Assembly (NCBI GenBank): GCA_965649825.1
Contig: OZ287699.1
Span: 1-64,000, forward strand
Direction of reading: 5' to 3'
DNA length: 64,000 nucleotides
From: Penicillus capitatus
Lineage: Eukaryota; Plantae; Chlorophyta
Under the pieces are notes generated by a model. The model was not told where the DNA came from. It saw only the letters and a program-made list of their open reading frames with translations, and searched no databases. How positions within the stretch are numbered: position 1 is the first letter of the stretch; each line of letters begins with the position of its first letter. A program made the translations under genes and the position numbers. Below, in pieces: positions 1 through 11,800 of this stretch.

Positions 1-3000
1 AAGGAGATTGAGCAAGTGGGCACGGTGCCGTGCGGATGGAAAGACATTTGGCGGTCCATCGCCCGAGGTGCAGCATATCTTTGACGGCCGTCGGACAGGC
101 CGGTCGCGGCCGCCGGCATAGCGACCGGCTGCAAAACCCGATCGTGGATGCACACGGAGAACTTCTAGGAACGTCCCGTATGCAGAGGGCGAGTCGCTCG
201 GCCGACGTGCGGAACCTTCCCGTGGACCTCCGTGCCGACATGTTCGGCCGTTCGGATGTTCGGCACCCCTCCGTCTGACGCCTCCGACTTTAGGATCTCG
301 ACGGCTGCAAACCTGATCGTGGATGCACACGGAGAACTTCTAGGAACGTCCCGTATGCAGAGGGCGAGTCGCTCGGCAATGATGCAGGACCTCTCGGAGC
401 GCCAAGTGCTCGAGCGTTCCAGCGCACACCATCCGTCGGTCGCCGGAGGGACCAAGGGTCCCCCCTTTGCTTCGCTTCCTCGCACCATCCGTCGGTCGCC
501 GGAGGGACCAAGGGTCCCCCCTTTGCTTCGCATCCGGCGTTCGGTGTAGAACGACGGTTAACACTTGGGCACCATTTGAGTCTTGGCGGACGGTTAACGA
601 ACTGTTAACGGTCGCCGACGACTTTGGCGGCCGAACCCACCTTCGCGACGACGTCGGTCGCCGTAACGTTTTTAGCGGAAGGAGATTGAGCAAGTGGGCA
701 CGGTGCCGTGCGGATGGAAAGACATTTGGCGGTCCATCGCCCTGAGGTGCAGCATATCTTTGACGGCCGTCGGACAGGCCGGTCGCGGCCGCCGGCATAG
801 CGACCGGCTGCAAACCCGATCGTGGATGCACACGGAGAACTTCTAGGAACGTCCCGTATGCAGAGGGCGAGTCGCTCGGCCGACGTGCGGAACCTTCCCG
901 TGGACCTCCGTGCCGACATGTTCGGCCGGTCGGATGTTCGGCACCCCTCCGTCTGACGCCTCCGACTATAGGATCTCGACGGCTGCAAACCTGATCGTGG
1001 ATGCACACGGAGAACTTCTAGGAACGTCCCGTATGCAGAGGGCGAGTCGCTCGGCAATGATGCAGGACCTCTCGGAGCGCCAAGTGCTCGAGCGTTCCAG
1101 CGCACACCACCGGTCGGTCGCCGGAGGGACCAAGGGTCCCCCCTTTGCTTCGCTTCCTCGCACCATCCGTCGGTCGCCGGAGGGACCAAGGGTCCCCCCT
1201 TTGCTTCGCTTCCTCGCACCATCCGTCGGTCGCCGGAGGGACCAAGGGTCCCCCCTTGCTTCGCTTCCTCGCACCACCCGTCGGTCGCCGGAGGGACCAA
1301 GGGTCCCCCCTTTGCTTCGCTTCCTCGCACCACCCGTCGGTCGCCGGAGGGACCAAGGGTCCCCCCTTTGCTTCGCCTTCCTCGCACCACCCGTCGGTCG
1401 CGAGGGACAAGGGTCCCCCTTTGCTTCGCATCCGGCGTTCGGTGTAGAACGACGGTTAACACTTGGGCACCATTTGAGTCTTGGCGGACGGTTAACGAAC
1501 TGTTAACGGTCGCCGACGACTTTGGCGGCCGAACCCACCTTCGCGACGACGTCGGTCGCCGTAACGTTTTTAGCGGAAGGAGATTGAGCAAGTGGGCACG
1601 GTGCCGTGCGGATGGAAAGACATTTGGCGGTCCATCGCCCTGAGGTGCAGCATATCTTTGACGGCCGTCGGACAGGCCGGTCGCGGCCGCCGGCATAGCG
1701 ACCGGCTGCAAACCCGATTCGGGATGCACACGGAGAACTTCTAGGACACGTCCCGTATGCAGAGGGCGAGTCGCTCGCCGACGTGCGGAACCTTCCCGTG
1801 GACCTCCGTGCCGACATGTTCGGCCGTTCGGATGTTCGGCACCCCTCCGTCTGACGCCTCCGACTATAGGATCTCGACGGCTGCAAACCTGATCGTGGAT
1901 GCACACGGAGAACTTCTAGGAACGTCCCGTATGCAGAGGGCGAGTCGCTCGGCCGACGTGCGGAACCTTCCCGTGGACCTCCGTGCCGACATGTTCGACC
2001 GTTCGGATGTTCGGCACCCCTCCGTCTGACACCTCCGACTATAGGATCTCGACGGCTGCAAACCTGATCGTGGATGCACACGGAGAACTTCTAGGAACGT
2101 CCCGTATGCAGAGGGCGAGTCGCTCGGCAATGATGCAGGACCTCTCGGAGCGCCAAGTGCTCGAGCGTTCCAGCGCACACCACCGGTCGGTCGCCGGAGG
2201 GACCAAGGGTCCCCCCTTTGCTTCGCATCCTCGCACCATCCGTCGGTCGCCGGAGGGACCAAGGGTCCCCCCTTTGCTTCGCTTCCTCGCACCACCCGTC
2301 GGTCGCCGGAGGGACCAAGGGTCCCCCCTTTGCTTCGCTTCCTCGCACCACCCGTCGGTCGCCGGAGGGACCAAGGGTCCCCCCTTTGCTTCGCTTCCTC
2401 GCACCACCCGTCGGTTGCCGGAGGGACCAAGGGTCCCCCCTTTGCTTCGCTTCCTCGCACCACCCGTCGGTCGCCGGAGGGACCAAGGGTCCCCCCTTTG
2501 CTTCGCTTCCTCGCACCACCCGTCGGTCGCCGGAGGGACCAAGGGTCCCCCCTTTGCTTCGCTTCCTCGCACCATCCGTCGGTCGCCGGAGGGACCAAGG
2601 GTCCCCCCTTTGCTTCGCTTCCTCGCACCATCCGTCGGTCGCCGGAGGGACCAAGGGTCCCCCCTTTGCTTCGCTTCCTCGCACCATCCGTCGGTCGCCG
2701 GAGGGACCAAGGGTCCCCCCTTTGCTTCGCTTCCTCGCACCATCCGTCGGTCGCCGGAGGGACCAAGGGTCCCCCCTTTGCTTCGCATCCGGCGTTCGGT
2801 GTAGAACGACGGTTAACACTTGGGCACCATTTGAGTCTTGGCGGACGGTTAACGAACTGTTAACGGTCGCCGACGACTTTGGCGGCCGAACCCACCTTCG
2901 CGACGACGTCGGTCGCCGTAACGTTTTTAGCGGAAGGAGATTGAGCAAGTGGGCACGGTGCCGTGCGGATGGAAAGACATTTGGCGGTCCATCGCCCCGA

Positions 3001-5934
3001 GGTGCAGCATATCTTTGACGGCCGTCGGACAGGCCGGTCGCGGCCGCCGGCAAAGCGACCGGCTGCAAACCCGATCGTGGATGCACACGGAGAACTTCTA
3101 GGAACGTCCCGTATGCAGAGGGCGAGTCGCTCGGCCGACGTGCGGAACCTTCCCGTGGACCTCCGTGCCGACATGTTCGGCCGTTCGGATGTTCGGCACC
3201 CCTCCGTCTGACGCCTCCGACTATAGGATCTCGACGGCTGCAAACCCGATCGTGGATGCACACGGAGAACTTCTAGGAACGTCCCGTATGCAGAGGGCGA
3301 GTCGCTCGGCAATGATGCAGGACCTCTCGGAGCGCCAAGTGCTCGAGCGTTCCAGCGCACACCACCGGTCGGTCGCCGGAGGGACCAAGGGTCCCCCCTT
3401 TGCTTCGCATCCTCGCACCATCCGTCGGTCGCCGGAGGGACCAAGGGTCCCCCCTTTGCTTCGCTTCCTCGCACCACCCGTCGGTTGCCGGAGGGACCAA
3501 GGGTCCCCCCTTTGCTTCGCTTCCTCGCACCATCCGTCGGTCGCCGGAGGGACCAAGGGTCCCCCCTTTGCTTCGCATCCGGCGTTCGGTGTAGAACGAC
3601 GGTTAACACTTGGGCACCATTTGAGTCTTGGCGGACGGTTAACGAACTGTTAACGGTCGCCGACGACTTTGGCGGCCGAACCCACCTTCGCGACGACGTC
3701 GGTCGCCGTAACGTTTTTAGCGGAAGGAGATTGAGCAAGTGGGCACGGTGCCGTGCGGATGGAAAGACATTTGGCGGTCCATCGCCCCGAGGTGCAGCAT
3801 ATCTTTGACGGCCGTCGGACAGTCCGGTCGCGTCCGCCGGCATAGCGACCGGCTGCAAACCCGATCGTGGATGCACACGGAGAACTTCTAGGAACGTCCC
3901 GTATGCAGAGGGCGAGTCGCTCGGCCGACGTGCGGAACCTTCCCGTGGACCTCCGTGCCGACATGTTCGGCCGTTCGGATGTTCGGCACCCCTCCGTCTG
4001 ACGCCTCCGACTATAGGATCTCGACGGCTGCAAACCTGATCGTGGATGCACACGGAGAACTTCTAGGAACGTCCCGTATGCAGAGGGCGAGTCGCTCGGC
4101 AATGATGCAGGACCTCTCGGAGCGCCAAGTGCTCGAGCGTTCCAGCGCACACCACCGGTCGGTCGCCGGAGGGACCAAGGGTCCCCCCTTTGCTTCGCAT
4201 CCTCGCACCATCCGTCGGTCGCCGGAGGGACCAAGGGTCCCCCCTTTGCTTCGCTTCCTCGCACCATCCGTCGGTCGCCGGAGGGACCAAGGGTCCCCCC
4301 TTTGCTTCGCATCCTCGCACCATCCGTCGGTCGCCGGAGGGACCAAGGGTCCCCCCTTTGCTTCGCTTCCTCGCACCATCCGTCGGTCGCCGGAGGGACC
4401 AAGGGTCCCCCCTTTGCTTCGCTTCCTCGCACCATCCGTCGGTCGCCGGAGGGACCAAGGGTCCCCCCTTTGCTTCGCATCCGGCGTTCGGTGTAGAACG
4501 ACGGTTAACACTTGGGCACCATTTGAGTCTTGGCGGACGGTTAACGAACTGTTAACGGTCGCCGACGACTTTGGCGGCCGAACCCACCTTCGCGACGACG
4601 TCGGTCGCCGTAACGTTTTTAGCGGAAGGAGATTGAGCAAGTGGGCACGGTGCCGTGCGGATGGAAAGACATTTGGCGGTCCATCGCCCCGAGGTGCAGC
4701 ATATCTTTGATGGCCGTCGGACAGGCCGGTCGCGGCCGCCGGCATAGCGACCGGCTGCAAACCCGATCGTGGATGCACACGGAGAACTTCTAGGAACGTC
4801 CCGTATGCAGAGGGCGAGTCGCTCGGCCGACGTGCGGAACCTTCCCGTGGACCTCCGTGCCGACATGTTCGGCCGTTCGGATGTTCGGCACCCCTCCGTC
4901 TGACGCCTCCGACTTTAGGATCTCGACGGCTGCAAACCCGATCGTGGATGCACACGGAGAACTTCTAGGAACGTCCCGTATGCAGAGGGCGAGTCGCTCG
5001 GCAATGATGCAGGACCTCTCGGAGCGCCAAGTGCTCGAGCGTTCCAGCGCACACCATCCGTCGGTCGCCGGAGGGACCAAGGGTCCCCCCTTTGCTTCGC
5101 ATCCTCGCACCATCCGTCGGTCGCCGGAGGGACCAAGGGTCCCCCCTTTGCTTCGCTTCCTCGCACCATCCGTCGGTCGCCGGAGGGACCAAGGGTCCCC
5201 CCTTTGCTTCGCATCCGGCGTTCGGTGTAGAACGACGGTTAACACTTGGGCACCATTTGAGTCTTGGCGGACGGTTAACGAACTGTTAACGGTCGCCGAC
5301 GACTTTGGCGGCCGAACCCACCTTCGCGACGACGTCGGTCGCCGTAACGTTTTTAGCGGAAGGAGATTGAGCAAGTGGGCACGGTGCCGTGCGGATGGAA
5401 AGACATTTGGCGGTCCATCGCCCTGAGGTGCAGCATATCTTTGACGGCCGTCGGACAGGCCGGTCGCGGCCGCCGGCATAGCGACCGGCTGCAAACCCGA
5501 TCGTGGATGCACACGGAGAACTTCTAGGAACGTCCCGTATGCAGAGGGCGAGTCGCTCGGCCGACGTGCGGAACCTTCCCGTGGACCTCCGTGCCGACAT
5601 GTTCGGCCGTTCGGATGTTCGGCACCCCTCCGTCTGACGCCTCCGACTATAGGATCTCGACGGCTGCAAACCTGATCGTGGATGCACACGGAGAACTTCT
5701 AGGAACGTCCCGTATGCAGAGGGCGAGTCGCTCGGCAATGATGCAGGACCTCTCGGAGCGCCAAGTGCTCGAGCGTTCCAGCGCACACCACCGGTCGGTC
5801 GCCGGAGGGACCAAGGGTCCCCCCTTTGCTTCGCATCCTCGCACCATCCGTCGGTCGCCGGAGGGACCAAGGGTCCCCCCTTTGCTTCGCTTCCTCGCAC
5901 CATCCGTCGGTCGCCGGAGGGACCAAGGGTCCCC
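1..5934. repeat. Nested tandem macrosatellite: 566-bp core (containing a 75-bp element twice, 175 bp apart) followed by a variable number of 56-bp repeats; 6 complete or near-complete units plus a partial first unit
   Basis: Units start (catccggcgttcggtgtag) at 531, 1429, 2786, 3576, 4478, 5212. Spacings 790, 902 and 734 equal 566+n*56 (n=4, 6, 3). 1357 equals 566+175+11*56. 898 is n=6 with 4 bp of indels. The 56-mer is cgtcggtcgccggagggaccaagggtcccccctttgcttcgcttcctcgcaccatc. The array runs off the left edge of the window. Confidence 0.97.
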
Positions 5935-5981
5935 ATCATCGACACCATCATCTGTCACCGTCGATGTTCTGTGCGAACGAC

Positions 5982-8189
5982 TTAGTCGGAACTTTCCTTG
6001 TTGGTCTTAGCCGCTGCATCATCCTTCTTCTTTGTCTTGAGCGATTCTGGACAGTCAAAATCCAAAAACTCACCAGCTGTCCGGGGAGGTTTGTATGTTG
6101 CTCCGTGTCTTCTCCCCACTCTCTGTAGACGATCTACCAGTCCTAATTAGCACAAGATCTAACACTTCCAACAAGAATAATATGTACAAAACTGTTGGGT
6201 GTCTTCCATAGGCGATAGCACGTTGCCATTGGTCGTTTGCCATCGCCAGCTTCGCGGCATGCTTTACAGTCAGGACACTCACGCAAATCCATTTCTGCTC
6301 TCATTCTCTTGCGACGAGCATATTCCACATGCTTGGAGTTAGTCAGATTCTTACGGTTCTAGAAGAAAGCATGAATCGAGGTGACCACACCAAAAGAGAC
6401 ATTGCTTCTTCTGTTGTTGTACCTTTCGAATACCCTCCTCTACAATTGCTGCCATGTTTTCTTCGGAAAATGTCACAAAGTCGTCTATATCAAATTCTGG
6501 TATGCCCATCTCGGCATCCGAATCCGAATCAGGGATCCTCCAGCTTTCTTTGCTAACATCTTTCTTGGAGTCGTCATTTTTTTCTGGCCGACTGGCAGGC
6601 TCTTTATCGCGATCTGCTTCTCCTTGGGGCTCTTCTTCTACAAGATCTTCTAAACCCACAAAGTTCAACAACAGCGAAACAGCTTGGGCGAGAGTCCTTA
6701 CCTTTCGGATCGCTCTGCTCGCCAGAAGGAAACAATTTGTTTTCATAGGCCGCCAGACGGGCTTCGAGCTCTTTGTTCTTTTTCTTCTCTTCCATCAGCG
6801 AATGCATTAGTTCTGGGACCATCCGTCTGAATAGCTGTGTGTACAGCTTATACTTGGCAATCTTTCTGTAGAGTTTCCCCGCCGCGTACTCGCTGATTCG
6901 CAATGGACTATTCTGGGGTAATTCCGTGGAAGGTACGCGTCCCTCTTGAGACCTAGCCACATAGGCAATCGCATTTTGACTGTGGCCCATTGCATACAGA
7001 CCGGTACGACAGCGCTCTGGCTTCGACAATGTCTGGATCGATATCGATTCTTGTGTTTTGATTGGCTGACAAACTCTTTCCATTGAAATCGTCAACTTTT
7101 GCACCTAGACACGCATCTTAATACGTCTCTCATTCATCCATCGTCGAGCATACGTGTGACAGCGATGATGTGGATGTTATCATCATTCATCAGTTCTTCG
7201 AGTTCGCTTCCTTCTTTGATGGCCATAGCATCCCATAGACTTATCTAAACGAAGACAGTGCAACGAATGATCGCAGAAGAGTGAGGCAGGCGCACTTCAA
7301 TCGAGTAGTTGGATGTGTCTTTGATCGTGACGCGCCTGATGTCCACTTCGTCGCCGTTTCTCTTTGTAATCCGGCGTTTATTTTCGACACTCGTCATGAT
7401 GCCGATCACATCGACCGGTTTGCTACTGTCGCGCGAATGTCGAGTGCAAAGATAGACTTGTCAAAAGCAAACAGTGTTCTTAAAAGATCGATAGTATGCT
7501 CAGAAACTGGGTCTTTTATACCCCCATTTTATTATTCATGCTTCACGTCATGCTGACGTCATGGGACGTCACGTCGGCTTGAGTGTCCTCCCTCCCTTCG
7601 CCTTCGCCTTCACGACACCACTATCCATGTGAAGAATCGATTCGATGGGCTTGAACTGCACACCACACATCTCACACTTCTAGCAGCCAGAAGAGTGATA
7701 TTATTATACGTGATAGAGAACGTATGGGATGTTGACGCCTGCAGCCTCATCGGGAACGAGATCGACAGTCGAGCCCATGTTAAGCCGCATCTCAAAGTTC
7801 GTCTCAAAGTCTTTGAACCTCTGCACAGAAACCGACGAATCAGTGAGAGATAAGTGTGAATATTAACATACCGGATTAGATATCACGCCGACAACCGCTC
7901 TGGCAATTCTGTAGATCTTGCCGATATGTATTCGGTCGAAGAACTTACATGCAACTGCATAAAACGCAACACAGCGCATCTGCCCTTGTTCGGCATCCAA
8001 CAGATCAAAAGAGAACAGTTTTCCTGTAAACACACATTGATGTTTTGTACGCCATATATTCGAACCTTCTCCGGATGCACTGTCAAAACTCCGCAGCTTG
8101 CTCTTGTGTGTACATCTTACAATCGTTGACCATCTTGCAGTGTTGTTTGTCAAACAACGCAGCGGCGTGTACCCAATGTAGCTCGACAT
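5982..8189 (-). CDS. RPA1: RPA70/RPA1-like ssDNA-binding protein (OB-folds A and B only) with a coiled-coil/acidic C-terminus; multi-exon, 3' exons tentative
   Basis: Spliced exons give YTPLRCL..RWSTIVRCTHKSKLRSF..GEG|KLFSFDLLDAEQGQMRCVAFY..KFFDRIHIGKIYRI (DBD-A) and VDVIGIMTSV..RRITKRNGDEVDIRRVTIKDTSNYSIE|ISLWD..AKVDDFNGKSLS..IDIDPDIVEARAL (DBD-B). The downstream exons (6000-6950) do not resemble DBD-C. Confidence 0.8.
7514..7574 (-). promoter_or_regulatory. Cluster of four ACGT cores (including a perfect TGACGTCA) followed by TATAAAA, inside the long intron of the RPA1-like gene
   Basis: ACGT at 7545, 7556, 7566 and 7571; TGACGTCA at 7554-7561; minus-strand TATAAAA at 7520-7514. Confidence 0.3.
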
Positions 8190-10541
8190 GATAATTGTGC
8201 TCGATGTCGATAAACAACGGAGACTCAACGGCGGCAGCGAATGTGAAGATAAATTAATTGTTGTCATTGTAGGCGATTTCCCTTCGTAACGTGACTTGAC
8301 ACCCTGTCACGCACTCCTCAGACGAACGGGTTGGGAAGCGGTCGACGACGAAGGCTTATCGCTTGCAGAAGACTGTCAGACAATGAAAGGTCGAGGTTAA
8401 ATACCCGAGGAACGAACTAACAGGTCACATCAAGTGTTCCTGGGCCACTCGTTGGTCCACTGCGCGGAGCTGGGCATTACGTAACTGTGACACACCCGTT
8501 GCATTAATGCGGGTTTGATTTAATCGGACATATCAGATTGACCGAATCCACGTCCACAATTTCCATTCAAACGAGACGACCGGTTTTTGCCAAGAGGATT
8601 TACAAAACTGTATCGACATGAATGTGCGAATCAGTGTATATTCTTGAAGAAGTAATCGTCATCTCCTTGTCTAGACAACTGTCTCATTCCTCATTGCTGA
8701 GTGCATGGATGGTCACGTCGTTTACTAAACGACGCCTTCGTTCCATATCTCTTCATCGCTGAGCACTTTGTCCATCATCTTATGAGTATCCTTCTAGAAA
8801 TGGCGTCAAACGTGATAGGACAACGCCTTTTCCTGTGTTTAGAAGATCGCCTGCGGTTCATTTTGGATGGATGAATGATTGATTGCCTCTTATGTCGGCC
8901 TTCCAGTATGTTTTCTGCAATCCTTCACCCACCACAAGACACAGCTCGCACGTGCCTTCCAAACAGAAGTCGCTAAACATGAACAAAACAAACACAGTGG
9001 ACATCATCTCCATCCTTCTCAACGGCTCACACATTCGGTTGGATGGCGCCACATTCTTCAGCTGTTCTTAGCACGTTATCACCGGAGAGACCCCTCTCCG
9101 CCTGACGCCATTTCAGTAATGCGCGTCTGGCCGAATAGGGACGGAGACTACAATCTCGCCTTCGCCTGTGTCGAAAGTCACTACGAGTTCGGATTCCTTC
9201 ATGTTGGCCTCTCTCTCCACTAATGCGTCCCTGGGACTCTCGAATTTCTAAACTGAGAAGGCATGGTGCATCACCGAATACGCATGTCGCCCTTTTTGAC
9301 TGTTAGACGATACCGATCCTCTCTGACAGTCCCTGAGGGTGGCAAATGTCTTTTGCTTTCTGTAGCTACTGGACGGAGACGCAGTTGCGACAGCCGGCCT
9401 ACACTTGTGCAGTTAATTCCGACACGCATAACGGAAACGAGCAAACGAACGGCGTGTCGAAAAAAGTTCGGTCTTCGCCATAAGCACCATTATCTCATTT
9501 TGCATCTTTTCGAAGCACACCGTCGTCGCAAGAAAGCCTTCCTGCACACAATCTGCTGCAGGACGAGTGAGTGGGTTTCGACTCTTCTCGTTCGCGAATT
9601 CTTTTATCGTCCCACCATAGAAACAATGTCGAATGGAGGACGTCCTGAAGGCGCAAGCAGTTCACATCGTTCCTGCCGATCCCTCGCGGGCCACCAACCA
9701 ACTCCAACGTCGTCGTCGAGATTTAGCGACGTTCCTCGTGGAAGGCAGTCTATTCTGGCGGGTCGCTACACCATTGGTGCTGAGTTAGACGTGGAGCCAA
9801 CGGCGTGTTTTTACGGCTTTCGACCAGAAAGAAGGTCGTTTTGTAGCAGTGAAGCAGATGTCCTCCCTGGAGATTCTCTCGGCAATATTGCCAATCTCGA
9901 GTGAACTCGTTCTACAAAAAGGCCGATCATGAATCACACGGCAAAAGGAAAAGTGGACAGGAGAGAGAACTGCCGATTGGAGAAAACCGAATCCTTTCTT
10001 GATGAATCTTCGACATGAGCCGCAGCGTTGTCTGTTTTTGGAGACAACTGCACGCTAAACAACTCTTCGCGTACATCGTCGGAGTCTACCGTCTCCCCGG
10101 CGATGTTGCTGGATGTCCTATTCAGAAATCACACCACTCGATGTGCTTTTCTCATTCTGCATCGTAATGGACGAACTGTTGTTACAGAGGGCTGCTTTTA
10201 CCATGCGCTTATGGAATTTCTTGCTACTGGAATCTACTTCTGTATGTTTCTTTTCTGAGTTGCTGCGCATCTCTTTGGTGGTGTCCGTGGCAGAATACAC
10301 CAGCATAATTGTTTGGAGAGTACGAAACGCTTTCCTGCATTCCGTGCATCCAAACACATGATAAGACTAGCAGCCTCTCGACGCCCATTGCCATAGTTCG
10401 CCGACGCTACTTCGAAACCAATGGCGTAAAGGCAACGCTCAGTCAGTACCTAGGAGTCACATCGACCAACACATCCGTCGACGGAGCCGAGACTCGCACT
10501 AATTGCCATCTTCAATCGCTATTCGTTCTCGAAGGACGATT

Positions 10542-11800
10542 ATGAGTTCGACGTCTGACAGAGACCACACGAGTCAATATAAATCACACAGAGAGGATGA
10601 CAGCTATAACGATTCGGCATCTTTGCCTCTTCTTTCAACGACACAGCCACCGGAACGTCTCTGTCTCGTATGGACTATACCTGGGTAATCTCAATTGCAG
10701 TGGCAGATGTCTTTTTGAATCTCATTCGCACTTTTTCAGTGTGATATGGAATAGCTGTGTCTGCTGTGCGCTTGTCGGCGTCATGTTTATGACGACGGGC
10801 ATCGTAGCTCTGAAACAACTTACAAGAGATGATATCCCGACTTTTCAAGTCGTTTTCACCCGTGGCCTAATTGCTTTGCCAATTCTGATCCCCGTTGGAT
10901 ACAGACAGACAGGTTATGTATTCGGGCCTCAGGATCACAACACGAAGTGGATTCTAATACGAGCGACATGTTCTGCGTGTGCTCTACTGTTCAGCAGCTT
11001 CTCCCTCACTCTGCTCTCTCTTCTAGAGACTGCATTCCTCAACGACACTTACCCAGGTCGGACAAACGCAGTATAAGTGAATGAATGGATTGGAGGATCT
11101 GTTCTGCAGCGGTCATGGCGTTTGTTTCCTGGATCCTCGGAATCGAATCTATCGACGCGTTGTCTTGGATTGGCATCCTGGGTGCTGTCGCCTCTAATGT
11201 GATGATCATGCGCCCGCCCTTTCTGTTTGGAGAAGATGAATCGACCGAGTGGGATACGAAACGCATTACTGGTCTTCTATGCTCCTGCGCGTGCGTGATC
11301 TGCCGGTCTTCTGGCTTCCTCCTCGTGGAGTGAGCTCATTCTCTGTCGCACGATACACCACTCAGCTCTCGGTATTGTCCAGGAAGATCGACAAAAGCGT
11401 TCCATCCGTCGTGATTGGGAATTTTCAAGTGCTGCTGTCCATGATGATGGCCATTCCTTTTTTGGCAGTTGGGTTCCCGAAGGAATTCTCTTGGGACATG
11501 TCTCTGGAACACATTGTGCTGTTCTTCGTGGCATCATTCACTGCTCTTAGCCAAATGATGCTTGTTCGGGCATTTCAGATCGGCCCTCCACTAGTGGCGG
11601 CAATGACTTCACTAATGAGAATTGTATTCACTGCCATAGCTGGCATCATTCTGTTTTCCGAAAGACTCACAGTTCTGCGTGGTCTGGGAGGACTGCTGCT
11701 TTTCTCTTCGATTCTTCTAGTAATTTGGAGCAGAGATAGAGCCAGGCGTAAGCGCACACAAGAATCGTTGCTAGACACTGGCGTTTCGCAACGTCAATGA
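10542..11800 (+). CDS. EamA/DMT-family (SLC35G-like) transporter, 4 exons
   Basis: Hydrophobic exons with DIPTFQVVFTRGLI, GPQDHNTKWILIRA, SLLETAFLNDTYP, QMMLVRAFQIGPPLVAAMTSLMRIVF..GIILFSERLT; GT-AG introns. Confidence 0.88.

Noticed and set aside
531-1100. Hammerhead ribozyme/retrozyme, 5S rRNA or tRNA within the repeat core
   Set aside because: By eye I found no CUGANGA/GAAA core, 5S signature or cloverleaf with A/B boxes on either strand. An Infernal scan would be decisive.
1100-2790. CRISPR-like array of hairpin direct repeats
   Set aside because: The 56-mers abut each other without unique spacers, there are no cas genes, and the context is eukaryotic.
1-5934. Many long overlapping ORFs (up to 433 aa) in the repeat array
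   Set aside because: They arise from stop-poor GC-rich repeats in several frames on both strands and have no protein-like domain.
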